IMG/VR virus record: IMGVR_UViG_3300004173_000066
Location: 1-60,689 of that record
Length of the DNA stretch: 60,689 bases
Source: a virus
Lineage: Duplodnaviria > Caudoviricetes
Reading direction: 5' to 3' (one strand)
Numbering within the stretch: position 1 is the first letter of the stretch; each line of letters opens with the position of its first letter. Shown here piece by piece: positions 19,273-29,059 of this stretch. The notes under the pieces are model-generated. The model worked only from the letters and a program-made list of their open reading frames with translations. It was not told where the DNA came from and did not search any database. The position numbers and the translations under genes were made by a program.

Positions 19273-19671
19273 ATGCCCCGCTATCACAGCACCGCCACCT
19301 GGCCGATCGCGTTCGAGCTCCTCGAGCGCCGCTTCTCCCTTGAGCCGGGCGCCGAGCTCGACTTCCCCGCCGAGCACGCCTGGCTCCTGCGCGCCCGGCA
19401 GCTCCCGCTCGCCGAGGGGCCGAGCCCGCTCGGCGCGTCCGCCCCGAAGGCTCGCATCGAGCGCGCCGCGGCGCCGGCGCCCCGCCCCCGACCGCCCGTC
19501 GAGCACGACCAGGCCGACACCGACGAGGAGCCCGATGAGGCGGACGAGGCGCCGTGCTCGGTGCCCGACGACGAGGAGGCGGCGCTCGAGGCGTCGCTGG
19601 CGCAGGCCGAGAAGGACCTCGCCGGAGGCGGCGCGCGCAAGCCCGGCTCCCGGCGCCCGGGCCGGGGCTAA
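19273..19671 (+). CDS. Hypothetical head-region protein
   Basis: GGAG RBS; acidic C-terminus. Confidence 0.6.
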   Translation: MPRYHSTATWPIAFELLERRFSLEPGAELDFPAEHAWLLRARQLPLAEGPSPLGASAPKARIERAAAPAPRPRPPVEHDQADTDEEPDEADEAPCSVPDDEEAALEASLAQAEKDLAGGGARKPGSRRPGRG

Positions 19672-19677
19672 ACCGCC

Positions 19678-20055
19678 GTGGCCCTCACCGAGGCCCAGAA
19701 GGCCGACTGCCGCCTCTACCTCGGGTACGCGCGCGGCCGGGACCTGCACCCGGGGCTCGAGCACCGGCTCGATGCGGGCGTCCTCTCGGCCGAGGAGGAG
19801 ACGCGGGTCGGGGCGACGCTCACGCTGCTCGGGCAGATCGACGCGAAGCTCCAGTCCGCCGCCCTCGACAACCTGGACCTCGCGCGCGCCGAGGACGTGA
19901 CCTTCCTCGGGCCTGAGCAGCTCGCCGAGCTGCGGCGCCACGGGCGCTCTCTCGTCGGGCGCCTCGCGATCCTCCTCGAGGTCGACGCCGCGCGCGACTA
20001 CTTCGACACGAGCGGCGCCGGCAGCGGCATGGGCGGCCTGATCCCGCTGGGGTGA
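19678..20055 (+). CDS. Head-tail adaptor
   Basis: MALTEAQKADCRLYLGY start; size and position. Confidence 0.7.
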   Translation: MALTEAQKADCRLYLGYARGRDLHPGLEHRLDAGVLSAEEETRVGATLTLLGQIDAKLQSAALDNLDLARAEDVTFLGPEQLAELRRHGRSLVGRLAILLEVDAARDYFDTSGAGSGMGGLIPLG

Positions 20056-20222
20056 TGCAGTGAGCGTCGGCGACGAGGGACAGAACCGACGAACGTTGGT
20101 GACTGGCACACCACGTACGACGCGTTCGGTGCGTTTCTCCGGTCCAGCTCGCCGCCTCAAATGTAGCGGCGCCCCACGAGGCGAAGTGCGTCGCCGCCCG
20201 CACGAAGCAGGCGGCCGGTAAC

Positions 20223-21254
20223 TCACTGTCTCGCGTGTCGAAGAAAGAGACTGCGCCCTTCTGGAGTGAGAGTTACTGGTCTCTGGCCATAGCGCAATAG
20301 GTCGATACCTAGGCCGATTGCACTCTCGCTGGACAGCTCGGGATTATGAATCCATCCGAAGAGGGTGAATTCCCTCAGTGCCGCTTGGGCGACGTCTTCT
20401 GGTACTAGTGGTTGCAAGTCATTGCGGTGCCTGCTGATTTCGAGGCTCCTGAAGTATTTTTGTGTGATGGATATGAACTCATCGACCGTCACCTTTGAAC
20501 CGAGGCGTTTGCCGCAGAAGAGGAACCAGTCAAAGTAGTTCGTTTCGCACGAAACAACTTCGCCGCTCCCGTCAATGCAAGGGATGGAGAGGCTCCTTGT
20601 GGCAAGCGGGGGGATGAAGGGCGACGTACCCGCCCCGGCGGCTCGCGCAGACTCAAGTTGGGCGCGGAGCGTCTTCGTCTCCTCAGTCAAGGCCATGATC
20701 TGGTTGAGCGCTGTCGTCGCATTGACGGCGTCCGTTCTGCGCACCCAGCCCACGAGCGACTCGTCCCTTTCTACCGTCCTCAGCGCGCGCCCGACCTTCC
20801 CTGTCAGCGAGTCGGTAGAGCTGAAGAAGTCCGCCATCTTCTTGTTGTTGAGCACGCGGGCGCGGAAGGCGCCCAGTTGCTCGCCGTACTTTCGCTCGAT
20901 GAGGTCGGGATGGTCCTTCTCGCGCGCCGCGATGGTCTCGTCGGTCATCACCATCGACAGGACGGGCTTTCCGAGTGAGAGGGCGTGCTCGTATTCGAGT
21001 TCCGTGTAGCTCTTCCGCGACTCCGATTCGAGGGAGCCATAGCGGCCCGCGAGGAGCAGAATGAACACGTCCGACTCCTCGATCCACTCGCGGATCACCT
21101 CCATCTGTTCGGCGTTGTCGGCCCCGAAAAGCTCCATGCCCGCCGGGATGTGCCCCGCGTCGAGAATGGCAGCGACAGCCGCCTGTCGTTCCTGGCGCAG
21201 ATCCGTGAAGGTCGACGAGACGAATACCTGAAGACGGCGGTTGGGGACTCTCAT
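20223..21254 (-). CDS. DUF4062 domain protein (moron, candidate defence effector)
   Basis: LQVFVSSTFTDLRQERQAA...GHIPAGMELF...SDVFILLLAGRYGS...SYTELEYEHA; antisense and lower GC. Confidence 0.9.
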   Translation of the reverse strand: MRVPNRRLQVFVSSTFTDLRQERQAAVAAILDAGHIPAGMELFGADNAEQMEVIREWIEESDVFILLLAGRYGSLESESRKSYTELEYEHALSLGKPVLSMVMTDETIAAREKDHPDLIERKYGEQLGAFRARVLNNKKMADFFSSTDSLTGKVGRALRTVERDESLVGWVRRTDAVNATTALNQIMALTEETKTLRAQLESARAAGAGTSPFIPPLATRSLSIPCIDGSGEVVSCETNYFDWFLFCGKRLGSKVTVDEFISITQKYFRSLEISRHRNDLQPLVPEDVAQAALREFTLFGWIHNPELSSESAIGLGIDLLRYGQRPVTLTPEGRSLFLRHARQ

Positions 21255-21303
21255 CGGTTCCTTTGACTGAGCACGTAGGGTGTGAATCGGACGGAGGTCG
21301 TGG

Positions 21304-21750
21304 ATGGCACAAGTACGCGACTCGGTGCTCAAGCCCATCGACAAGGCGCGCGCCATCGTCGCAAACCTTGGGCTGCGACGCTACACGGTGACGATCCGCC
21401 GCCGCGCCTGGTCGGGCGGCGCGCCGGGCGCCGGCGTCGCCACGCACAGCGACCTGCTGCTCTCCCCGACGCCGCGCGTCCGGGCGCTCGCCCCGCGCGA
21501 GGTGGCGAGTTCGGGCGGCACCTACGAGGAGGGCGACTACCGCGTCGACAAGATCACCCCTGCCTTCCTCGGGCCCCCGCCTGGGGGCTACACCCCGGCC
21601 GAGCTCAACCCCGAGCCCGGGGCGGCCGAGGACGTCGTGGTCGTGCTCACGGGCGACGACGGCACCAAGGTCTGCACGATCGTCGGCGCCCCGGCCGACC
21701 GGGCCTTCGGCTACGAGCTGATCGTGCGCCCGCGGCGCGAGACTCCCTGA
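21304..21750 (+). CDS. Head-closure / head-tail joining protein
   Basis: Position; beta-rich 148 aa with EGDYRVDKITP. Confidence 0.6.
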   Translation: MAQVRDSVLKPIDKARAIVANLGLRRYTVTIRRRAWSGGAPGAGVATHSDLLLSPTPRVRALAPREVASSGGTYEEGDYRVDKITPAFLGPPPGGYTPAELNPEPGAAEDVVVVLTGDDGTKVCTIVGAPADRAFGYELIVRPRRETP

Positions 21751-21751
21751 G

Positions 21752-22306
21752 ATGAGCACCCTCACGGTCGACCCGAAGCGCTTCGGAGCCGTCTTCCTCG
21801 CGAACGAGCGCGCACGCCTGGCGCGCGTGGCGAGCGCCGGGTACGAGGCGGCGCAGCTCGGCGCCGAGGTCGTGGCGAAGGCCGCGCCCGTGGACGTCGG
21901 GACGCTCAAATCGAGCCTCCACGCCCGGGAGACCGGCCCCCGCTCGGCCGAGCTCGTCGCCGACGCCCCGCACGCGGGGATCGTCGAGGTCGGCTCGCGG
22001 CCGCACACGCCGCCGCTTCAACCGCTCATCGACTGGGTCCGCCGACACCGCGCCTCCTTCGGCCTCAAGCGTTCGGCGAGGATCAGCTGGCGTCCTGCGC
22101 GCACAGCCGCGGCCCAGCGCCGGCGCGACGCGACGATCGCCCGGAACGCCGATCAGGACGCCGAGCTCGAGCGCATCGCCCGGCGCATCCAATGGAAGAT
22201 CGCCCACCACGGCACAAAGCCCCGGTGGTTCATGCGGGACTCGCTCCCGAAGCTCCGGAAGATCCTGGGGCTCCTCATCAAGCGCCGCCTGCGGGACCCG
22301 AAGTAG
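21752..22306 (+). CDS. HK97 gp10-like tail completion protein
   Basis: APVDVGTLKSSL...PHAGIVEVGSRPH...HGTKPRWFMR. Confidence 0.8.
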   Translation: MSTLTVDPKRFGAVFLANERARLARVASAGYEAAQLGAEVVAKAAPVDVGTLKSSLHARETGPRSAELVADAPHAGIVEVGSRPHTPPLQPLIDWVRRHRASFGLKRSARISWRPARTAAAQRRRDATIARNADQDAELERIARRIQWKIAHHGTKPRWFMRDSLPKLRKILGLLIKRRLRDPK

Positions 22307-22924
22307 ATGGACCTCACCTCCGTCTTGCGCGAGGCGCTCGCTGCGCACCTCCGGGCGGCGCTCGCCGCGCCCGTGCCGGGCCTCGTCGTCGAGGGCGCCT
22401 GGCCCACGCCCGGCCGGAAGCTCCCGCCGCGCCTCGTGACCGTGCTCGCCGCGGGTGAGCCCGAGACGCGCTTTCACCCGCCGCGCATCTACCGCACGAT
22501 CCCGGGCGTCGCCCCGATGGGCACGGTCCGCTACGCCTACGGGCGGGCGACGCTCCCCTTGCAGCTCGACGCCTGGGCGACCTCGGCCCCGGCGCGTGAC
22601 GCGCTCGCCTCGGCCCTCGCCGCGGCGCTGCACCGCCACCCGGCGGCGACCCTCGGGGGCGGGGGCACGCTCCCGCGCCTCTCGGCCCGCGGGCACCTGG
22701 TGTTGGCGCCCGCGGCGCTCCTCGGCGCCCCGTGCGAGTTCCGCTTCGAGGCGCAGTCGCTGCCCACCGAGGCGAGTGACGCCGCGCAGTCGGGCGAGTG
22801 GCGCGCGTCGTGGGCGGGCTCGGCCGAGACCTTCGTGGTCACCGAGGAGCAGCTCGCCCTCATGCAGTCGATCACCGTCCTCGGCCCCGTCGGCGGGGTC
22901 GCCACCTCCATCCCCATCCCCTGA
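22307..22924 (+). CDS. Tail terminator-like protein
   Basis: Position before the sheath; LQLDAWATS..ARD motif. Confidence 0.6.
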   Translation: MDLTSVLREALAAHLRAALAAPVPGLVVEGAWPTPGRKLPPRLVTVLAAGEPETRFHPPRIYRTIPGVAPMGTVRYAYGRATLPLQLDAWATSAPARDALASALAAALHRHPAATLGGGGTLPRLSARGHLVLAPAALLGAPCEFRFEAQSLPTEASDAAQSGEWRASWAGSAETFVVTEEQLALMQSITVLGPVGGVATSIPIP

Positions 22925-22939
22925 CCGGAGCCATCATCC

Positions 22940-24436
22940 ATGGGTCTCTTCATCACCTCCGCCGCCGAGGCGCAGGAGCCGGGCGTCTTCGCGCTCGAGA
23001 TCGCCCCGCCGCGCTTCATCGCCGGGGTCTCCACGGGCTTCATCGGCCTCGTCGCGCAGTTCGCCTGGGGACCCGACGAGGTCGTGGTGACGCCGGAGTC
23101 CCCGCAGCAGTTCCTGGACCTCTTCGAGCCCGCGGGCTCCCCGCGCACCTCCACGGGCTACCGGGCGACGATCGGCAGGAAGAAGGCCCCCTGGAAGATC
23201 GTCCGCGCGCTCGCCTCGGACGCCACGGCCGCGGTGCTCTCCACGGCGGGCACCGGCGGCAACGTCGTCTCGACGGCGAAGTACAAGGGCGCGCTCGGCA
23301 ACAGCATCACCGTCCAGCAGGCGGACGCGGCCTCGGGCCTCGTGGGCGCCAAGGACTTCACGGTCACGCTCACGGACCCGACGACGGGCACCACGCGCGA
23401 GGTCTACGAGGACGTCCTGCTCCCCGCCGGAGGCGTGGCCGTCACCGTGGACGTGACCGACTCCAAGCTCCTCGCGAGCCTCGTCGTCGAGGGGGCGCTC
23501 ACGGTGTTCCCGGCCAACGGCACGGCGGCGCTCACGGGCGGATCCAACTCGGCCGCGCTCGGCATCGTGGCGGCCGACTACACGGGCACGCTCGACAGCA
23601 ACAACCGGGGCGTCGCGCTCTTCGAGTCGCACGACGACGTGCGCGTCGTCTGCCACGACGACTGCGGCAACACGCTGCGCGCGGCCATCAACGCGGCCTT
23701 CGCGCTCCACGTGGCCTCGCTCGGCGACCGGATGGCGCTGCTCGACGGCAACCTCGACGCGGCGAGCTGGGCCGCGGTGAAGGCGCTCGTCGCCGGCAGC
23801 CTCATCAGCGACCGGGTGCGCTTCTACGGCGCCTGGGTGCAGGTCTACGACGACGCCGGGACGCTCCAGAGCACCCCGATGTCGACCTTCGCGGCGACGG
23901 TGATCGTCAACACCACCCCGCAGCTCTCGGACGCGCGCTGGGCCGACGAGTGCACCGACTACTACCAGGCCATCCAGGGCATCACGGCGGCCTTCTCCAC
24001 GGGCTCCAAGACCGTCCGTCGGGAGGCCACGGCGCTCGGCGTCGCGCTGCCGATCAAGCTCGCCTCGGGGCGGTACGCGGTGCTGCACGACCGCACCACC
24101 AGCCAGACGTCCGGAAGGAAGTTCGCGATCCGTCGGCGCATCACCGACTTCCTCGCGCTCAGCCTCGTCGCGGCGCTGCCCGAGTACATCAACTCGCCCA
24201 ACGTCCAGGAGCGCTTCGGCCAGATCAAGGTCATCGTCGACGCCTTCCTCGGGCAGCTCGTGAAGGACGGGGTGATCGTGTCGTTCTCGACCGACATCCG
24301 CACGCCCAACACCCCGGCGACCGCAGCGGCGGGCGAGTTCTACCTCGGCATCGACGCCCGGACCCCGGCGCCCATGGAGAAGATCCTGCTCCTGGTGAAC
24401 GCCGGCGAGGCCGTCACCGTCCGCGAGGCCGCGTAG
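22940..24436 (+). CDS. Contractile tail sheath protein
   Basis: PGVFALE, GLVAQFAWGP, KYKGALGNSITV, IRRRITDFL, MEKILL. Confidence 0.92.
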   Translation: MGLFITSAAEAQEPGVFALEIAPPRFIAGVSTGFIGLVAQFAWGPDEVVVTPESPQQFLDLFEPAGSPRTSTGYRATIGRKKAPWKIVRALASDATAAVLSTAGTGGNVVSTAKYKGALGNSITVQQADAASGLVGAKDFTVTLTDPTTGTTREVYEDVLLPAGGVAVTVDVTDSKLLASLVVEGALTVFPANGTAALTGGSNSAALGIVAADYTGTLDSNNRGVALFESHDDVRVVCHDDCGNTLRAAINAAFALHVASLGDRMALLDGNLDAASWAAVKALVAGSLISDRVRFYGAWVQVYDDAGTLQSTPMSTFAATVIVNTTPQLSDARWADECTDYYQAIQGITAAFSTGSKTVRREATALGVALPIKLASGRYAVLHDRTTSQTSGRKFAIRRRITDFLALSLVAALPEYINSPNVQERFGQIKVIVDAFLGQLVKDGVIVSFSTDIRTPNTPATAAAGEFYLGIDARTPAPMEKILLLVNAGEAVTVREAA

Positions 24437-24486
24437 GCCGCGCCCCGCCCGCTCCCCTCCCGCCACCCCCCACCAGGTAGGACGCC

Positions 24487-24924
24487 ATGGCCGATCTGAA
24501 GCTCCCGATGCGCGGCGACAACGTCTCCGTCGTCGCCATCATCAACAACCGCCCCTTCGACCAGGCCGACAACTCCAAGTCGGTCAGCGTCGAGCCCAAG
24601 CACACCGTCCACGAGGACAAGCTCCTCGGGCGCAACCGGGACCGGCTCGACCAGCAGCTCCGCGGCTGGAAGGCCGAGTTCGAGTTCGAGCACACCGACA
24701 ACCTGCTCTTCAAGGCGTGGCTGGAGGTGCAGCGCGCGCGAGAGGAGCGTCGGCCGATCCCCGAGGTGATCTTCGCCATCACCTACGAGATGCGCGACGG
24801 CACCTCGGAGACCTGGGCCCTGCAGAAGTGCGTGGCGACGCCGAAGAAGAACGCCTCGGGCTCCGAGGACGCCTCGATGATGAACTGGACCGTCGTCGCC
24901 GAAGAGTACGTCCAGACCCTCTAA
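24487..24924 (+). CDS. Tail tube protein
   Basis: 145 aa directly after the sheath. Confidence 0.8.
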   Translation: MADLKLPMRGDNVSVVAIINNRPFDQADNSKSVSVEPKHTVHEDKLLGRNRDRLDQQLRGWKAEFEFEHTDNLLFKAWLEVQRAREERRPIPEVIFAITYEMRDGTSETWALQKCVATPKKNASGSEDASMMNWTVVAEEYVQTL

Positions 24925-24974
24925 GCCCCCCCGCCCATGGCGCCCGCGGGCGCCGAGCAAGGACCCCCTCCACC

Positions 24975-25511
24975 ATGGCCAAGACTCTCTTCCGCGCGCT
25001 CCTGCCGAGCGGCCGCGGCGTCCGCTTCCGCCGCCTCAGCACGCGCGACTACCTCTCCATCACCCAGCGCATCGCCACCAAGGTCGGCGACAAGAAGGAC
25101 CCCGGCGGCGGCCTCGCCCGCACGATGGCCCCCATCGAGATCGTCGCGACGGTCCTCGAGTCGATCACCCTGGAGCCCCTGCGCTGGACCTTCCGCGAGC
25201 CTCCCGGGGCCGAGGCCGTGGCCGACGAGACGGGCTCCGTCCTCGACGCCCACGCCGCGCGCGTCGCGTCGGCGGCGCCCCCGGAGGTCGACGTCGACGC
25301 GATGCTCGACCAGGCCGACGCGGAGAAGCGCTGGACGCCGGTGACCTATGCCGAGGTGATGAAGCGTGACGGCGCGCTCTCCTTCGATGAGCTCTTCGGC
25401 GAGCTCGCGGACTTCGAGGCCATGGTGGTGTTCGCGTCGGGCATGGGGCGCGAGGACCCCTCCCGGGGGCAGAACCTCCTGGGAAAAGTGCAGGCGGTCT
25501 CCGTCGGCTGA
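24975..25511 (+). CDS. Tail assembly chaperone (gpG-like)
   Basis: Between tube and tape measure; ends with a slippery site. Confidence 0.8.
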   Translation: MAKTLFRALLPSGRGVRFRRLSTRDYLSITQRIATKVGDKKDPGGGLARTMAPIEIVATVLESITLEPLRWTFREPPGAEAVADETGSVLDAHAARVASAAPPEVDVDAMLDQADAEKRWTPVTYAEVMKRDGALSFDELFGELADFEAMVVFASGMGREDPSRGQNLLGKVQAVSVG

Positions 25512-25654
25512 TCGCCGTCCTCTGCCGGTACGGGCACCAACGCTACGCCGACGTGCTCCGGATGCCGCTCGACGACGCCTTCGCGCTCGCCGAGGAGCTC
25601 ACCGACCTGATCCAGCTCGAGAACACCGCCGGGCGCCCGCCCAAGCACGACTGA
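25481..25654 (+). CDS. -1 frameshift extension of the chaperone (gpGT-like)
   Basis: G GGA AAA heptamer at 25481-25487; -1 frame open to TGA 25654: SAGGLRRLIAVLCRYGHQRYADVLRMPLDDAFALAEEL... Confidence 0.8.
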   Translation, partial: GKSAGGLRRLIAVLCRYGHQRYADVLRMPLDDAFALAEELTDLIQLENTAGRPPKHD

Positions 25655-25661
25655 GAGCGCC

Positions 25662-27749
25662 ATGGCCGACACGACCTACAACGTCCGCACGGTGTATTCG
25701 ACGAACACCGCCGGAGCCGTGTCGGCGCTCGACCGCCTGGGGTCGATGTTCGACCGACTGGGAGGCCTGCTCGGGGGCCTGAAGAGCCTGCTCTTCGGCC
25801 TGCCGACCCTGATCGCCGCCGCCTTCGCCACGGGCGCGGTCGCGGCCTTCATGCAGCGTGTCACGCAGGTCGGCGGGGCGGCGGAGGTCGCGCGTCTGTC
25901 GATGGCCGGGATGATCAACGCGCAGATGTTCGCGACGCCCACCAAGGCGGCCGGGGACTTCCAGAGCGCGCTCTTCGCCACGGACGCGCTCATCGCCCGG
26001 ATGCGCGAGCACGCCAACGCGCTCCCCGGCACCTTCGAGGACCTGCAGCACGTCGTGCAGGGCTCGCTCTCAGGCGGCATCCGCGCCGGGCGCTCGCTCG
26101 GCGAGATCGAGTCGCAGGCGGCCGACTTCATGGCCGTCACGCAGAGCCTCGGGATCGACGCGGCGCAGGCCGGCCGCGATATGCAACTGATGATGAGCGG
26201 CCGCGCGGGCGCGCAGGTCGCCTCGTTCTCGCGTCTGCAGAGCCTCATCGGCAAGACCGCCGAGGAGTTCAACCAGCTCACGCCCCTCGCGCGCTGGCAG
26301 GCCATCGGGCACGCGCTCGGCGGCTTCGGACCCATGATCGAGGCCTACAAGCGCTCGTGGGACGCCGTCTCGTCCACCGCCTCGGGGCACGCGCAGAACC
26401 TCTTCCGCCTCGGCACGGCGCCGTTCTTCTCCCGCGTCACCGCGTCGCTCGGCGCGATGAACAACTACTTCGAGCACCACGAGGACCGCCTCAACGCGAT
26501 CGCCGAGCTCGTTGGAGGGAAGCTCGCGGACGCCTGGGGCCGGGTCGAGCGGAGCGTCGCGGCCCTGCCGGGGCTGCTCACCCGCGTGGGCTCGAGCCCG
26601 GGCTTCGCGCGCCTCTGGGGTCTGGCCGAGCGGCTCCAGGCGCGCGCCGCGGGGGCGCTCTCCGGCCCGGGGCCCAGCCGCGACGCCGTCGGCGCTGGGG
26701 TCGGCCTCGCTGCGGGCCTGGGGGCCGGGATCCCGGGCCTCGGTCTCGCCGTCGGAGCCCTGCTCGCCTTCGCCACCCACACCGCCGAGGCCGATTCGGT
26801 CCTCGCGTCGCTCTCCACGAGCGGCGGCTCGCTCTTGGGCGCTCTCGGCACGCTCTGGAGCGTCGTGACCCTCGTCGAGGGCGAGCTCGGCCACCTCCTC
26901 GCCGCGGCGCTGCCCGGCGTGGGGCGCGGCGTGGCGCTGCTGGTCGGCGGCATCGACGACGCGCTCAAGATCGTCGCGCCGGCGCTCGGCGACCTGCTCG
27001 TGGCCTTCCGCCCCGTCGTAGGCATCCTCGGGGAGATCATCGGCGGCGTCGCGGGCTTCCTCGGGAGCGCGTTCAGCACCGCTCTCCAGAATGCCGCGAC
27101 GCAGATCGCCGCCTTCGCGCGCGCGACGGCCGGCGTCGTGCGGAGCATGGGCGGCTGGCTTGCCGAGCGCGGCATCACCATGGAGAGCGCGCGCGGGGCG
27201 GGCGACTGGGTCGGTCGCAACGTGAACGCGCCCCTCTTCGCCGGGATCGCCACGGCGTTCGAGCGGACCAACCAGGAGCTCGGCGCGGCGCTCACGCAGG
27301 TGGGCAACGCCAGCGCCTGGGCGGTCTCGGGCGGCTACCTCGGCGACTCCCACTTCGGCTCGCGCCAGGTCGAGTCGATGGGGGCCATCTACAGCCGCTA
27401 CCGCGGGAACTTCATGGGCCTCACGGCCGCGTCGGCGCCGCAGGCCCCCGGGGCGTCTGGCCCTACCGCGGCCGACCCGATGGCCCGGCTCAACGCGTGG
27501 ATCGCGGGGTTCGGGACGGCGACGACGCAGTCCACCGCCAACACCGAGGCGCAGCTCGCCGCGCTGAACGGCCGCCTCACCCGGGGCGGCACGCCCACCC
27601 ACACCACCAACGTCACCAACCACGTCCAGGTCCACCAGACCATCGAGCAGGCCGACGATCCGGACCGGGTGCTCATCGCGACGCGCGACGCGGTGCTCGA
27701 CGCCATGCTCCACCCCGTCGAAAGCCACAGCGTGACGGTGACCCGATGA
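25662..27749 (+). CDS. Tape measure protein
   Basis: 695 aa Ala/Gly-rich helical protein after the chaperone. Confidence 0.88.
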   Translation: MADTTYNVRTVYSTNTAGAVSALDRLGSMFDRLGGLLGGLKSLLFGLPTLIAAAFATGAVAAFMQRVTQVGGAAEVARLSMAGMINAQMFATPTKAAGDFQSALFATDALIARMREHANALPGTFEDLQHVVQGSLSGGIRAGRSLGEIESQAADFMAVTQSLGIDAAQAGRDMQLMMSGRAGAQVASFSRLQSLIGKTAEEFNQLTPLARWQAIGHALGGFGPMIEAYKRSWDAVSSTASGHAQNLFRLGTAPFFSRVTASLGAMNNYFEHHEDRLNAIAELVGGKLADAWGRVERSVAALPGLLTRVGSSPGFARLWGLAERLQARAAGALSGPGPSRDAVGAGVGLAAGLGAGIPGLGLAVGALLAFATHTAEADSVLASLSTSGGSLLGALGTLWSVVTLVEGELGHLLAAALPGVGRGVALLVGGIDDALKIVAPALGDLLVAFRPVVGILGEIIGGVAGFLGSAFSTALQNAATQIAAFARATAGVVRSMGGWLAERGITMESARGAGDWVGRNVNAPLFAGIATAFERTNQELGAALTQVGNASAWAVSGGYLGDSHFGSRQVESMGAIYSRYRGNFMGLTAASAPQAPGASGPTAADPMARLNAWIAGFGTATTQSTANTEAQLAALNGRLTRGGTPTHTTNVTNHVQVHQTIEQADDPDRVLIATRDAVLDAMLHPVESHSVTVTR

Positions 27750-29059
27750 GTGCCCCGGCCGTCCTCTACCCCCGCGCGCTCGTGCAGCTCCACGTGCGCG
27801 TGCTCGGCGAGGACGTGGTGACGCCCATCGTCCCGGCGCGGCTCACCATCGCCCGCCGCGCGCACAGCCAGGCCGGGACCTGTGAACTCGAGGTGCACGG
27901 CTCGGCGCTCCCCTTCGAGCCGCGGCAGATCGAGGACCTCTACGTCGCGGCCTTCTTCGGCGCGGCGAGCTCGATGGACGCGCGCATCGACACCGACGCG
28001 CACCTGCGCTTCCTCGGCTACGCCGACAAGGTCGAGCCCACCCGGAGCGACAAGGCCCCCGTGGTGAAGATCGCCTGCCGGGACCTCTCCTCGCTCCTGC
28101 GCGACAGGAAGCATCTCCCCCCGTCGGCCTTCCCCCGCCACAGCCAGACCCTCGGCGAGGCCATCGACGGGATCGTCCGCGCGGCGGTGGGGCCGATCGA
28201 GCTGCGCACAGGCTCCGGCGCCCGGACGAGCCTCCTCTCGGTCCGCCCGAGCGAGGACGCGGCGCGCCCCCTCGGGGGAGGGGCCTCGGCGCGCGCGCTC
28301 GCGCACCCGATCGCGTTCAAGTCCGACGCGACGGCCTGGGAGATGATCGAGCACTGCGCGGGCCTCGTGGCCTGCCAGGTGGCCGTGGACGTCGACCAGA
28401 TCGTGGTGCGCCGCGGCCGCGCGGCGGGCGCCGGTCTCACGGACCCGGCCGCGGTCTTCGAGTTCAAGGGCACAGGCGCCAACCTCGCGAGCGTCACGCT
28501 CTCGAAGAAGTTCCAGCGCAACCGGAAGGGTGTGCGCGTGGTCTCCTACGACCCGGAGACGCGCAGCCTGGTCGAAGCGGTCTATCCCCCCGAAGGGGAG
28601 CTGCCCCACCGGCAGCGCACCCGCGGCCGACGGCACGCCGCCCCGAAGCCCGCCGAGCGGGACGTCTTCAACCTCCCCACGGGCCTCGCCTCGCCGGAGG
28701 CGCTGGTCGCGATCGCTGAGCAGATCTACGCGGAGCGCTCGCGCCAGGAGCTCGAGCTCTCGGTCGAGACGCCGCTCCTGGACGAGGCCTTCCTCTCGCT
28801 CACCAACGGCGACCGCGTGGTGATCCGCGTCGAGCCCGACGTCGCGACCGAGGTGCACGCGCGGGACGAATCTGGCGCCGCGCGCTTCCTCGAGCGGCGC
28901 CTGGGGGTCGCGCACGACGTTGCGGTGATCCTCGTGCGGGCGGCGAATGCGGCCGAGATCGACCGCTTCTACGTCCGCGCGGTCACCCTCGACTGGAACG
29001 CCGGCGGGAGGTCTTCCGTGAAGGTCGACGCGATCAACCTGGTCGAGGCCCTCTCGTGA
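27746..29059 (+). CDS. Baseplate hub (gpD/gp27-like)
   Basis: FLGYADKVE...VKIACRDLSSLLRD; position. Confidence 0.7.
   Translation: MSAPAVLYPRALVQLHVRVLGEDVVTPIVPARLTIARRAHSQAGTCELEVHGSALPFEPRQIEDLYVAAFFGAASSMDARIDTDAHLRFLGYADKVEPTRSDKAPVVKIACRDLSSLLRDRKHLPPSAFPRHSQTLGEAIDGIVRAAVGPIELRTGSGARTSLLSVRPSEDAARPLGGGASARALAHPIAFKSDATAWEMIEHCAGLVACQVAVDVDQIVVRRGRAAGAGLTDPAAVFEFKGTGANLASVTLSKKFQRNRKGVRVVSYDPETRSLVEAVYPPEGELPHRQRTRGRRHAAPKPAERDVFNLPTGLASPEALVAIAEQIYAERSRQELELSVETPLLDEAFLSLTNGDRVVIRVEPDVATEVHARDESGAARFLERRLGVAHDVAVILVRAANAAEIDRFYVRAVTLDWNAGGRSSVKVDAINLVEALS

Noticed and set aside
11248-20226. Very long minus-strand ORFs (1591 aa, 1204 aa) and similar ones elsewhere
   Set aside because: Antisense shadows of real high-GC genes: Arg/Gly-rich, no motifs, and stop codons are scarce at this GC content.
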